From: Nannocystis pusilla | GTDB taxonomy: Bacteria > Myxococcota_A > Polyangia > Nannocystales > Nannocystaceae | Direction: 5' to 3' | DNA length: 64,000 bases | NCBI RefSeq assembly: GCF_026626665.1 | Contig: NZ_JAPNKE010000002.1 | Location: 1,485,204-1,549,203, forward strand | Shown: in pieces, positions 8,433 through 19,300 of the stretch | Layout of the letters: each line of letters opens with the position of its first letter | Position numbering within the stretch: the stretch's first letter is position 1 | Position numbers and translations under genes: made by a program | Notes under the pieces: model-generated | The model's input: only the letters and a program-made list of their open reading frames with translations | The model's database searches: none | Told to the model about the DNA's origin: nothing

Positions 8433-9684
8433 CCACGCGTCGACGTGGGCCGCGAGCCGGGCCTCGGCCTGGGCCCATGCGTGGGCGGCGTACGGGCGAT
8501 CGACCTGGGCGAAGGCGTCGCGGGCCGCGGCGCGCGTCGTCGTGCCAGACCTCCGCCATCACGTCGCCCCCGCGCGAGCACAGCGAGGGGCTGGCGGCCC
8601 AGGTGCCCGCGAACGCGCCGCCGATCCCCAGCGCCAGCGCGCCGAAGGTCAAGCCGACGCGACGGCGCCGCGACAGCCCGCGCTCGAGTTCCGCGAGCAG
8701 GGCCGGCATCGACGGGTAGCGGCGCGCCGGCGCGAGGGCCAGCGCACGGTCGAGGACGCGGAGGAGCCAGCGCGGGCCGCTGCGGGCGCCCGCGAGCGGC
8801 CGCCGACGCCCGGCCAGCACGGCCGCGCGCAGGTCGTCGAGGTCGTCGCCAGCGAACGCTCGCTGGCCGAACACCCCCTCGTACAGCGCGAGCGCGAAGC
8901 TGAATTGATCGCTGCGGGCGTCGGCGCGGCGCCCCGCCAGCTGCTCCGGGGCCATGTAGGCCGGCGTCCCCAGCAGCGTCCCGGTGGCCGTGAGGCGGTC
9001 GTTCGGCGCCTCGTCGAGGGTGGTGCCCTCCGTGGGTGGAGCGGCGTCGGTGACGTCGAGGTCGACGCCGTCCTCGTCGCCGGCGCGCGCGAGGCCGAAG
9101 TCGACGACGCGCGCCCGCGGCCGCCCGCGATCGTCGGCGCCCACGATCACGTTGGTCGGCTTGAAGTCGCGGTGGACGACGCCGGCCGCGTGGGCCGCCG
9201 CGAGGCCGCGGCCGGCCTGCAGATAGACCTCGACGACCTCCCGCCAGCCGCGGCCGCGCTGCCACTCGGCGAACGTGACGCCCTCGATCAGCTCCATGGC
9301 GAGGAACACGGCGCCGTCGTGATCGCCGACCTCGTGGACCGCGACGACGTGCGGATGATCGACGCGGGCCAGGGCTCGCGCCTCGCGGAGCAGCCGCGCT
9401 GCGCCGCGCCCGTCGCGATCGGGCCCGTGCAGGCGCAGCAGCTTGACCGCGACCTTGCGCTCGAGCTCGGCGTCGTGCGCGACGTAGACGATGCCCATGC
9501 CGCCGGCGCCGAGGCGACGCTCGATGACGAAGCGACCGAGGCGCGGCGGGGCGGCGGTGAGGCCGAACAGGCGCGCGCCGAGGTCGGCGAGCATGCGCTC
9601 GGCCTCGACGGGCGGCGGCCCCTCGCGGGCGGCGTCGAAGCGGGCCGCGAGCTGCGAGTGACTCGATGGATCGGGCGGCGACAT
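8386..9684 (-). CDS. eukaryotic-like Ser/Thr protein kinase with a C-terminal TM segment
   Basis: ATG at 9684-9682. Kinase motifs LGAGGMGIVY, VAVKLL, HRDFKPTNV, DFGLA and APEQ are present. A hydrophobic helix VGLTFGALALGIGGAFAGTWAA lies near 8590-8660. The rest of the 1028-aa ORF upstream is artefact. Confidence 0.8.
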   Translation of the reverse strand: MSPPDPSSHSQLAARFDAAREGPPPVEAERMLADLGARLFGLTAAPPRLGRFVIERRLGAGGMGIVYVAHDAELERKVAVKLLRLHGPDRDGRGAARLLREARALARVDHPHVVAVHEVGDHDGAVFLAMELIEGVTFAEWQRGRGWREVVEVYLQAGRGLAAAHAAGVVHRDFKPTNVIVGADDRGRPRARVVDFGLARAGDEDGVDLDVTDAAPPTEGTTLDEAPNDRLTATGTLLGTPAYMAPEQLAGRRADARSDQFSFALALYEGVFGQRAFAGDDLDDLRAAVLAGRRRPLAGARSGPRWLLRVLDRALALAPARRYPSMPALLAELERGLSRRRRVGLTFGALALGIGGAFAGTWAASPSLCSRGGDVMAEVWHDDARRGPRRLRPGRSPVRRPRMGPGRGPARGPRRRVGGRLLRDLRRHSRPR

Positions 9685-9894
9685 CGGCAGAAAACGACTC
9701 GACTGTGCCCGATGCCCGCGGGCCGCGTCGAGGCGGCGAGGCGCCGCGCATCCTCGCGCGGCGGGCCGAGCGGAGGTGCGCGTGCAGATTTCGTGATCCG
9801 AACTCGCGGGCGCCGACTCTCCTGGGACGACCGACGCCGTCGCTCCGCCGCGAGCGCCCGTCACCCTCCGAGACCTGAAAGAGAGAGCACCGTC

Positions 9895-10608
9895 ATGTTC
9901 CGCAAGATGTTCGTCGTCGTCGCCACCGCCTCCGTGTTCGCCGCCCTCCCGGCCACCTCGCACGCGGCCAGCAGCTGCCAGTCGACATGGGTCAAGGCGA
10001 CCGGCAAGCTGCAGACTTTCTTCGCGCCGGTGGCCAAGCTGGTGTGCAAGCAGCTCAACACCGACGACCTCGCCGCCGCCAATCAATGCATCGAGGACGT
10101 GCTCGCGTATGCCGACAGGGCCGAGCAGATCCATGGCGAGTGGAACGCCGGCGAGAGCAGCTGGACCATCGGCCCGCGCGCCTTGCCCAACGACCGCACG
10201 CAGACGGGCGCGGTCTCGACCGAGCGGCAGTTCGTCGGCGAGCCGGTGATCACGGGCAGCTACGAGATCGACCTCCGCCGCACCGACGGCAAGGCGAAGA
10301 ACGACCTGATCGTGAAGATCTGCTTCGTCGACGAGAACGGCGACGACGTCCACTATCAGCAGGTGCGGCTCAACAAGGACGGGCCCACGTCCTTCAAGAA
10401 GACCTTCACCGGGATGGAGGGGACGTACCCGCTGATCCACCTCAACAACGAGAAGTGGGGCACGAACGCGCACCAGTACACGCTGCGGGCGGAGGCGAGC
10501 GGCGAGCCGGCGAAGCTGGTGAAGGCGCGCCAGACCGCGAGCGCGTCGAAGACGAAGATCGGGGGCACGCTGACGCCCGCTCCCGGCAAAATCGCGCCGA
10601 ACCGCTGA
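9895..10608 (+). CDS. secreted hypothetical protein
   Basis: ATG at 9895. Signal peptide MFRKMFVVVATASVFAALPATSHA. The 237-aa protein has lower-GC codon usage than its surroundings. No known domain recognised. Confidence 0.6.
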   Translation: MFRKMFVVVATASVFAALPATSHAASSCQSTWVKATGKLQTFFAPVAKLVCKQLNTDDLAAANQCIEDVLAYADRAEQIHGEWNAGESSWTIGPRALPNDRTQTGAVSTERQFVGEPVITGSYEIDLRRTDGKAKNDLIVKICFVDENGDDVHYQQVRLNKDGPTSFKKTFTGMEGTYPLIHLNNEKWGTNAHQYTLRAEASGEPAKLVKARQTASASKTKIGGTLTPAPGKIAPNR

Positions 10609-10689
10609 GCGGTCGGACGGCGAGGGGGCGCGCTCGGAGGTCGGGCGCCCTGCCAGCGGCGGGGCGCGAGGCAGTGGTAGGTTCGTCGA

Positions 10690-11304
10690 GTGGAGGCCGA
10701 CATCGAGCTGTTGGAGGCGTGGCGCGCGGGCGACGTGCGGGCCGGCGACGCGCTGCTGCGCCGCTACTTCGAGGCGCTGCACCGCTTCTTCGCCCACAAG
10801 GTCGACGACGAGGTCGACGATCTGATCCAGCGCACCTTCCTCGCGCTGGTCCGCAGCAGGCAGGCGATCCGCGAGGCGGCCAGCTTCCGCGCTTACGTGT
10901 TCACGGTGGCGCGCAACGAGCTGTACCACTACCTCGGCGCCCGCCGGCGCACCCGCGAGGCGCTCGACTTCGGCAGCGTGTCGGTGGCCGATCTGGGCAC
11001 GTCGCCGAGCGGAGCGTTCGCGCGTCGCAAGGAGCAGGCGGCGCTGCTGCGGGGCCTGCGGGCGATCCCCGTCGAGCTGCAGGTCGCGCTCGAGCTGCAC
11101 TACTGGGAGGGCCTGACGACCGCAGAGCTGGCGAACGTGCTCGGGGTGCCGCAGGGGACCGCGAAGAGCATGCTCCGCCGCGCCCGCGAGCAGCTCGAGG
11201 CCCGCCTGCGGCGCGACGCCGGCGCGGGCGTCGAGGCCACGCTCGGCGAGCTCGAGGCGTGGGCGCGATCGATCCGCGACGTGGCGCGCCCCGGTCGATC
11301 GTGA
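10690..11304 (+). CDS. ECF-type RNA polymerase sigma factor (sigma-70 regions 2 and 4)
   Basis: GTG start. Region-2-like FEALHRFF…DDLIQRTFLAL and region-4 HTH LTTAELANVLGVPQGTAKSMLRRAR are present. Confidence 0.8.
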   Translation: MEADIELLEAWRAGDVRAGDALLRRYFEALHRFFAHKVDDEVDDLIQRTFLALVRSRQAIREAASFRAYVFTVARNELYHYLGARRRTREALDFGSVSVADLGTSPSGAFARRKEQAALLRGLRAIPVELQVALELHYWEGLTTAELANVLGVPQGTAKSMLRRAREQLEARLRRDAGAGVEATLGELEAWARSIRDVARPGRS

Positions 11305-11489
11305 TCGGCGCGGCGACGTCGGCGCGATCGGCCGGCGAGGCCGGCGGGCCGATCTCGCGGCCGCGGCCGAGCGGCGGGCGCGGCCGCGGCCCCGTGGCTC
11401 GCGCTCGCCGCTCGTCGACGCACCGGTGACCTGTACCGTCGAACATGTACCGCAGAACATGCGCGATGGCACATGTCCCTGCGGTCATC

Positions 11490-12083
11490 TCAGCAGTCGG
11501 CCTCGTCGGCGCCGTCGGGGCAGTCCTCGGCCATGTCGCACTTCCAGGTCGCCGGGATCTCGGTGCCGTTGGTGCAGACGAAGGCCTCGAGGCCGCAGCC
11601 GGTGACCTCGTCCGAGTTGTCGAGGCAGTCGGGGACCTCGTCGCAGGCCCAGGTCGCGGGGATCTCCTTCTTGTCGGTGCAGGTGAAGGCCTCGAGGCCG
11701 CAGCCGCTGACCTCGTCGGAGCCGTCGGGACAGTCGGGGTTCTCGTCGCAGACCCACGCGGGGTTCTCGAGCGCGGTGCCGTCGCTGCAGACGAAGCCGT
11801 CGCCGGTGGTGCTCGCGGTGGCCTCGGTGGTGCCCGCGGTGGCCTCGGTCGTGCTGGTGGGGGCCTCGGTGGTCGTCGGCGCGCTGGTGCCGGTGTCGGT
11901 GCCGGTGCCGGTGGCGTCGGTGGTCTCGCCTGCCGTGCCGGTGCTGGTCGTGTCGTCCGTGGTGCCGGCGGTGCTCTCGGTCGTGGTCGTCTCGGGGCCG
12001 ATGTTGGTGTCGGAGAGACCGCCGAGGTTGATCGTGCAGCCGGCTGTGGCGACGCCCTGACTCATGAGCGCGGCGACGGACAA
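11490..12083 (-). CDS. LDL-receptor class A repeat protein (possible lipoprotein) with a Thr-rich linker
   Basis: Three C-x-EIPATW-x-CD-x-PDC-x-D-x-SDE repeats form an LDLa-type Cys and acidic cluster, preceded by a Thr/Glu-rich low-complexity linker. The start is ambiguous: TTG at 12083 or ATG at 12065. Confidence 0.6.
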   Translation of the reverse strand: MSVAALMSQGVATAGCTINLGGLSDTNIGPETTTTESTAGTTDDTTSTGTAGETTDATGTGTDTGTSAPTTTEAPTSTTEATAGTTEATASTTGDGFVCSDGTALENPAWVCDENPDCPDGSDEVSGCGLEAFTCTDKKEIPATWACDEVPDCLDNSDEVTGCGLEAFVCTNGTEIPATWKCDMAEDCPDGADEADC

Positions 12084-12173
12084 GATTGGCGAGGTCGATG
12101 TTCATCGTGCCGGCGAATGTGCCACGGGCCGGCGCGCAGGGGCGCGCACGGCCGCTTTCCCGGCGCGCGCGAT

Positions 12174-12674
12174 TCAGGTCGGCGCGAGGCGGACGGTGAC
12201 CTCTGCGCTCGGATCGAAGGGCGAGCCCTTGACGTCGGCGATGCATTTGACGACGAGCCGCACCCGCGGATCACGGGTGGCGGCGTTCGGGTCGGGGAAG
12301 CCGTTGCGCGCGAGGATGCCGGCGAGGTCGACCTCGCTCACCATCCACGGCTGGGTGATGACCTGCCCGGGCTTGAGGTCGCAAGGCATCTTGAGGCAGC
12401 TGTCCGAGTAGCTGACGTTCGGATCGGGATCCTTCTCGGCGCGGGCCAGGTTCGGCGAGTCGATGTCGTCCTTCTTGATGTACAGCCACACCTCGTACTT
12501 GGTCGCCAGCAAGGTGCACTCCTGCTGCGCGGTGATCACCATGGTGCCCTTGAGGACGGAGTCGGTGACCGGGAAGGTGGCGGTCTCCGCCGGTTGACGC
12601 TCGATGACCGTGATGGCGACGCTCGCCATGTTCTTGCCGCCGAGGAACTGCTTGGCCTTGTCGAAGAATCCCAT
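12174..12674 (-). CDS. hypothetical protein, tentatively Spo0M-like (sporulation-control family)
   Basis: ATG at 12674 (MGFFDKAKQFLGGK…). The N-terminal pattern resembles the Spo0M/PF07070 family, from recollection only. The upstream part of the 224-aa ORF is low complexity. Confidence 0.4.
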   Translation of the reverse strand: MGFFDKAKQFLGGKNMASVAITVIERQPAETATFPVTDSVLKGTMVITAQQECTLLATKYEVWLYIKKDDIDSPNLARAEKDPDPNVSYSDSCLKMPCDLKPGQVITQPWMVSEVDLAGILARNGFPDPNAATRDPRVRLVVKCIADVKGSPFDPSAEVTVRLAPT

Positions 12675-12851
12675 GGCGACGAGAGGTACCACGTCGCCGC
12701 GGGGCGCGACGAATCCGCGCGTCGATTGGAAGCGCCGCGAGGCGGTGCGATTGGTGGTGGTCGGGCGACTCGCACGGGTCGCTGACGAGGGCCGTGCGCC
12801 GCGGAAATCGACTTCCGCGGCGATCCGCCCACTTCGTCCGACATGCATGAT

Positions 12852-13940
12852 TCAGCCGAGGCTGACGCGGACGAGCGGGGCGAAGGCGGGCGGGCGATCG
12901 CTGACTGCGGCGCCGTGCACTGCGGCCTGGTAGCGGTCGCCGAACATGGCGTACGGGGTGGTGACGGGCGGCGCGCTGGCCTCGTCGAGACGGCGCAGGA
13001 GCTCGGGCGGGATCTGGAGGTCGAGCGCGCCGAGGTTGTCCTCGAGCTGCTCCGGCCGCGTGGCGCCGAGGATCACGGAAGTGACGCCCGGACGCGTGAG
13101 CACCCACTGCAGCGCGACCTGGGCCATGCTGCGCCCGAGCTCGCCGGCGACGGCCTCGAGCGCGCCGACGATCTGCCAGTTGCGCTCGGTGAACAGGCTG
13201 AGCGACTTGCCGGTGCCGGTGTCGAGCCGGCCGCCGCCGCCGCCGTCGCTGTTGGGGCGGTACTTGCCCGACAGGAGGCCGCTGGCGAGCGGACTCCAGG
13301 CGGTGATGCCCATGCCGAGGTTGGTGGCGAGCGAGGTGAACTCGGCCTCGATGCCGCGCTCGACCAGCGAGTACTGCAGCTGCAAGTTGACGATCGGCGC
13401 GAGGGCGTGGGCCTCGGCGTAGGTCTGGGCTCGCGCGGCGTACCAGGCCGGGACGTCGGACAGGCCGGCGTAGCGGATCTTGCCGGCGCGCACGAGGTCG
13501 TCGAAGGCGCGCACGACCTCCTCGGCGGGGGTGATCCGGTCCCAGGTGTGAAGCAAGTAGAGATCGAGGTAGTCGGTCCGCAGGCGCTTGAGCGAGGCCT
13601 CGAGGGCGCGGATCATGTTCTTGCGCCCGTTGCCGCCGGCGTTGGGGTCGCGCTCGGCGAGGTTGTAGCTGTACTTGCTGGTGAGCACGAGGCGATCGCG
13701 GTGGCCGTCGGCGATGAACTCGCCGAGCAGCGACTCGCTGGTGCCGCGGGTGTAGAGGTCGGCGGTGTCGATGAAGTTGCCGCCGGCGGCGACGTAGCGA
13801 TCGAACACGGCGCGCGCGGCCTGCTTGCTCGAGCCCCAGGCGCCGTACGGGCCGTCGGTGCCGAAGGTCAAGGTGCCGAGGGCGAACGGGCTGACGCGCA
13901 GGCCGGAGCGGCCGAGCAGGTAGTACTGATCGAGAGACAT
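12852..13940 (-). CDS. aldo/keto reductase family oxidoreductase
   Basis: 362-aa ORF with AKR family similarity (FIDTADLY, LDLYLLH, ITAWSPLASGLLSGKY). Confidence 0.85.
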   Translation of the reverse strand: MSLDQYYLLGRSGLRVSPFALGTLTFGTDGPYGAWGSSKQAARAVFDRYVAAGGNFIDTADLYTRGTSESLLGEFIADGHRDRLVLTSKYSYNLAERDPNAGGNGRKNMIRALEASLKRLRTDYLDLYLLHTWDRITPAEEVVRAFDDLVRAGKIRYAGLSDVPAWYAARAQTYAEAHALAPIVNLQLQYSLVERGIEAEFTSLATNLGMGITAWSPLASGLLSGKYRPNSDGGGGGRLDTGTGKSLSLFTERNWQIVGALEAVAGELGRSMAQVALQWVLTRPGVTSVILGATRPEQLEDNLGALDLQIPPELLRRLDEASAPPVTTPYAMFGDRYQAAVHGAAVSDRPPAFAPLVRVSLG

Positions 13941-13974
13941 GACGAATCACTCCTGTCGACGAGGGCCGCCCCGG

Positions 13975-14135
13975 GCGGTGCGTCGCCGACTGTCACGAAC
14001 GGTTGTGGACGATGCAGTCGACGGCGGCCGCTGATGCGGTGCGTCGCGAGCCGTCACGAGCAGGTGGGTTGTGGGCGATGCAGTCGACGACGGCCGCTGA
14101 TGCGGTGCGTCGCGGGCTGTCACGAGCGAGATGTT
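13975..14135. repeat. about 66-bp direct tandem repeat, roughly 2.5 copies
   Basis: gtgcgtcgcgRgcYgtcacgagc…gatgcagtcgacgRcggccgctgatgcg is repeated between the tetR 3' end and the AKR gene start. Confidence 0.7.
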
Positions 14136-14148
14136 ATGGACTATGGAG

Positions 14149-14750
14149 TCAAGAACTGATGGAGGGCGGTGCGGTCCGGAGAGCGGCGATGGCGAAGCCG
14201 GCGACGGCCCGCAGAGCCTCGGGGCGGCGCCGGTGCGGGCGCTGACCCGCAGGCCCTGCAGGGTGGAGAGGAGGAAGCGGCCGGCGCTGCGCTCGTCGAC
14301 GTGCGCGCCGACCTCGCCGCGGCGCTTGGCCTCGGCGACCATGCGCTCGAAGGCGGCCTCGCACAGGGCAGTGGCGCTGCGCGCCAGGGTCACGACCTCG
14401 GGGTCGCGCCGGGCCATCTCGATGATCGACTGGATGCCGAAGCAGCCGCGCGCGCGGCCCTCGGCGGTGTCTCCGGCCACGCCGAGCAGGATGTCCTCGA
14501 TGGCGCCCAGCGGCGAGGCGACGGCCCGCAGCCGCTCCAGCAGGTCGGCGCCCTGACGCGCCTGGTAGCGCTCCAGCGCGGCGAGGTAGAGGCCGTGCTT
14601 GTCGCCGAAGGCGGCGTACATGCTCTGACGCCCGATCCCCATGGCCTGCAGGAGCTGCTCGGTCGAGGTGCCGTCGTAGCCGTGCTCCCAGAACACGGAC
14701 ATGGCCCGCTCGATGGCCTCGTCTCGGTCGAACTCGCGTGGCCGGGGCAT
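14149..14750 (-). CDS. TetR family transcriptional regulator with an apparent frameshift
   Basis: ATG at 14750 (MPRPREFDRDEAIERAMSVFWEHGYDGTSTEQL… is the TetR HTH). The C-terminal segment (…EALRAVAGFAIAALRTAPPSISS) sits in a second frame ending at 14149, so a frame change near 14200-14260 is required. Confidence 0.55.
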
Positions 14751-14892
14751 GCATGGAAAGCTAAGCGTTCTTGACTGTGCTGTCAAAATTAAATGTGAAA
14801 CGGCGCGAATGGCGCAGGGCTCTGGAGGGCCGCCATACGCAGGCGTCCCACGCGAGGCCCGCGGTGAGGCTCGAACGAGAGACGGTGACGCT

Positions 14893-16461
14893 TCATCGCA
14901 TGGCTCGACCGTGGCAGCGCCGCGACGGCGAGCATGTGCTATCGAACATGGTCTCATGGACATGCTCCATCGGGCATGTCTTCCAGGAAGATCCGCGAAG
15001 GAGCGGGCGGGATCGTTCAGCGACCGCTGGCAGGGCCGGGGCGGAACGAGTCGACGAAGCGGCGCGGCTCTTCGGCGCGCTCGCGGGGCGGCCGGTCAGC
15101 GGCCGCTGGCGGGACCGGGGCGGAACGAGTCGACGAAGCGGCGCAGCTCTTCGGCGCGCTCGCGGGCCTGCGCGCGGGACCTCGCCGACGATCACGCAGG
15201 TGGCGTCGGCGACGGTGACCGCGCGGACGAGGCCGTGGGCCTTGTCGGTGGTGAGCGTGCCCTCGAGGCCGGCGGTGCCCTCGACCTCGATCGCACGCAC
15301 GTCCTGGAGGCGCATGGTGTCGGCGATGCCGCGCAGCTCGTCGGCGGGCGTGCGGCCGGCGACAGGCCTGGCCCTCGCGCTGCACGTGACGAGCCGCGAG
15401 ACGTCGCCGGGCTGCTTGAGCGCGAGCATGCGGGTGGTCATGGCGACGCCGTCGACAGTGATGAAGCTCTGGCGCTGCGCGTTGGGCCGCCGGGGGAAGA
15501 CGGCGGAGAAGCCCACGTCGGGGAAGGCCCAGCGGACCTGCGAGCCCTCGCGCCCGACCTCGACCGGCTGGAGAGCCCCGGCCGCGACCGCGGCGAGCAC
15601 GGCCTCCTGCTGCTCGAGGTGCTCGCGGAGCTCCTCGGCGAGGGCGTCGACGCGCGGGTGCGGCTCGCGATCGGGGGCGAAGGCGGTGCGCAACGCGGCG
15701 AGCTCGGTGGCGGGGACGTCGACGGCTGCGAGGCGATCGGCGAGGTCGAGGATCCGGTCGCGCTCCTCGGGGAGGAACCACGGAGCGACGAGGTCGCCGA
15801 GCGGAGCGAAGGTGGCGACCGCGGCGGCAGGAGCGATGGTATCCGGGAGGGAGAGGGCGCTGGCGAGGACGTCGTGGACGCCCCGCGCGAGGTGAAAGCG
15901 GGCCTCGACGAAGCTGCGGCGAGAGGCGTCGTCGCTCGCGAGTCGGTCGACGCGAAGGGCGGACTCTTCAAAAAAGGCCGCGACGACGGCGAGGTACTCG
16001 GGTCCGAATTCGCCGCGCGTGAGCGCCCGGGCGGCGTAGAGCTGCAGGATGTCGGCGAGGGCCAGGTGCAGCGCGGTGAGCTCGTCGGGGCTGGCGGTAT
16101 TGCGGACGGCGGCGTCGATGGCGTCGAGGGCGACGAGCTTTCGGAGCCATCCGGCGTCGGGCCCGTCGAGGCGCGGAAGCAGATCGGGGCGCTCGCGCTC
16201 GAGGCGGACGAGGCCGTCGCGGGCTCTTTGATAGTCCTGCGCGGTCCAGGGGGCGTCGGCGGCCGGGAGGTCGTAGGTCCGCCGTAGCTCGCTCGTCGGC
16301 TTGTCCTGGGGGGCGTCGACGCTGGCGGGAGCCGCGGTCTCGGCGCTGCGCCGGCAGGCCGCGAGCAGGACGAGGAGGAGCACCAGGCTTCGACCCGCGC
16401 CTTGCGAGCGACGGCGCGGCGTGACCGGGATCGAAGCGAACATCTGCGCTGGACGATACAA
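14893..16461 (-). CDS. hypothetical lipoprotein; 3' end uncertain
   Basis: Signal and lipobox …SLVLLLVLLAAC. A long non-repetitive body follows. The C-terminal third degrades into Arg/Pro-rich text across a 72-bp tandem duplication, so the true stop may lie upstream of 14893. Confidence 0.45.
   Translation of the reverse strand: MYRPAQMFASIPVTPRRRSQGAGRSLVLLLVLLAACRRSAETAAPASVDAPQDKPTSELRRTYDLPAADAPWTAQDYQRARDGLVRLERERPDLLPRLDGPDAGWLRKLVALDAIDAAVRNTASPDELTALHLALADILQLYAARALTRGEFGPEYLAVVAAFFEESALRVDRLASDDASRRSFVEARFHLARGVHDVLASALSLPDTIAPAAAVATFAPLGDLVAPWFLPEERDRILDLADRLAAVDVPATELAALRTAFAPDREPHPRVDALAEELREHLEQQEAVLAAVAAGALQPVEVGREGSQVRWAFPDVGFSAVFPRRPNAQRQSFITVDGVAMTTRMLALKQPGDVSRLVTCSARARPVAGRTPADELRGIADTMRLQDVRAIEVEGTAGLEGTLTTDKAHGLVRAVTVADATCVIVGEVPRAGPRARRRAAPLRRLVPPRSRQRPLTGRPASAPKSRAASSTRSAPALPAVAERSRPLLRGSSWKTCPMEHVHETMFDSTCSPSRRCHGRAMR
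14933..14990. repeat. 14-bp periodic repeat array, 3-4 units
   Basis: gaacatggtctcatggacatgctccatcgggcatgtcttcc. Confidence 0.55.
15016..15150. repeat. about 70-bp tandem duplication, 2 copies
   Basis: cagcgRccgctggcRggRccggggcggaacgagtcgacgaagcggcgcRgctcttcggcgcgctcgcggg appears twice in tandem. On the minus strand it encodes …ERAEELRRFVDSFRPGPASGR twice. Confidence 0.65.
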
Positions 16462-16637
16462 CGGCCGGGCCGGCGTTGCGGGCGTCGCTCGCAGTCCGGG
16501 AAAAAGCGGCCTTCCGAAGGAAGGACTCTGTCATGCGCTGCGCTGCGGTGACTTCGTCGCTCGCGGGGCGAAGAAAAAGCGCGACCCTCTGTGGGAAGAG
16601 GGTCGCGCTTCGTCGCGTGCGCGGGGTCGAGGTCGGC

Positions 16638-18503
<1,866 letters not shown>

Positions 18504-19300
18504 AGACGCCGTTTTGGGCGGCGGCGGGAAGTAAACCCGGCGGCGCTGCGCTGGCAAGTCGGCCCGATGTGAGCGGCACGGGCTTATTCTCCGGCGACAG
18601 GACGGTCACAGGAGTGAATCGGGGGCGAACAGGGGTCGGCTCGGTCGGCGCGCAGCCGCGAAAGCGGCCGTCCTCCGGCGATCGGCGTCGATCTGGGCCC
18701 GCATGACGGCCCACAGGTGCGGCTCGGCCAGGGAAGAACCCAGGCAGTCGCGGGGATCGCGCGGAGGCACCGGGGCGGGCAGATCCGGCCCGTTCGGCTC
18801 GGGCGGCGCGCGCTCCGGCTCGGGCTCGGGCCGCGGCGCGACGTCCGGCAGACCTGGGTCGTCCGGAGACGGTGATCCACGGACCGGCGTGGGGGTGATC
18901 CGCAGTCGGCGTCGGCGTTGCATGGGATCGGATCTGTACTGAACACCCAATCAGTGTCCAGCGATCACCGAGGCTGCCCTGAACTCTTGATCAGAGGCAG
19001 ACAAACCACTCGCGCCGCGCAAAACTGCGCGGACGAGCAGATAAGCCCCTGTAGCGGCCCGCGGGCCGTTTCAGGGTCGGGGCGGAGACGCGCCTGGAAC
19101 GGCGCGAAGGGCGGGGAGCGGCAGCGCGCCGAGCTGGTCTTCGGGACAGGGAGATCGCCTCGGCAGGCGTCGCGGACGCCGAAACAAGAGCGCGCGGTTA
19201 CCCGACATGGAAGCGCAGATCGCCGGACCCCGCCGGGCGCGACCGTGGTGGTCGGCGAAACGAAGAGCGCCGCGAGCGCAGGGCCCGGTAGCATGGCTCG

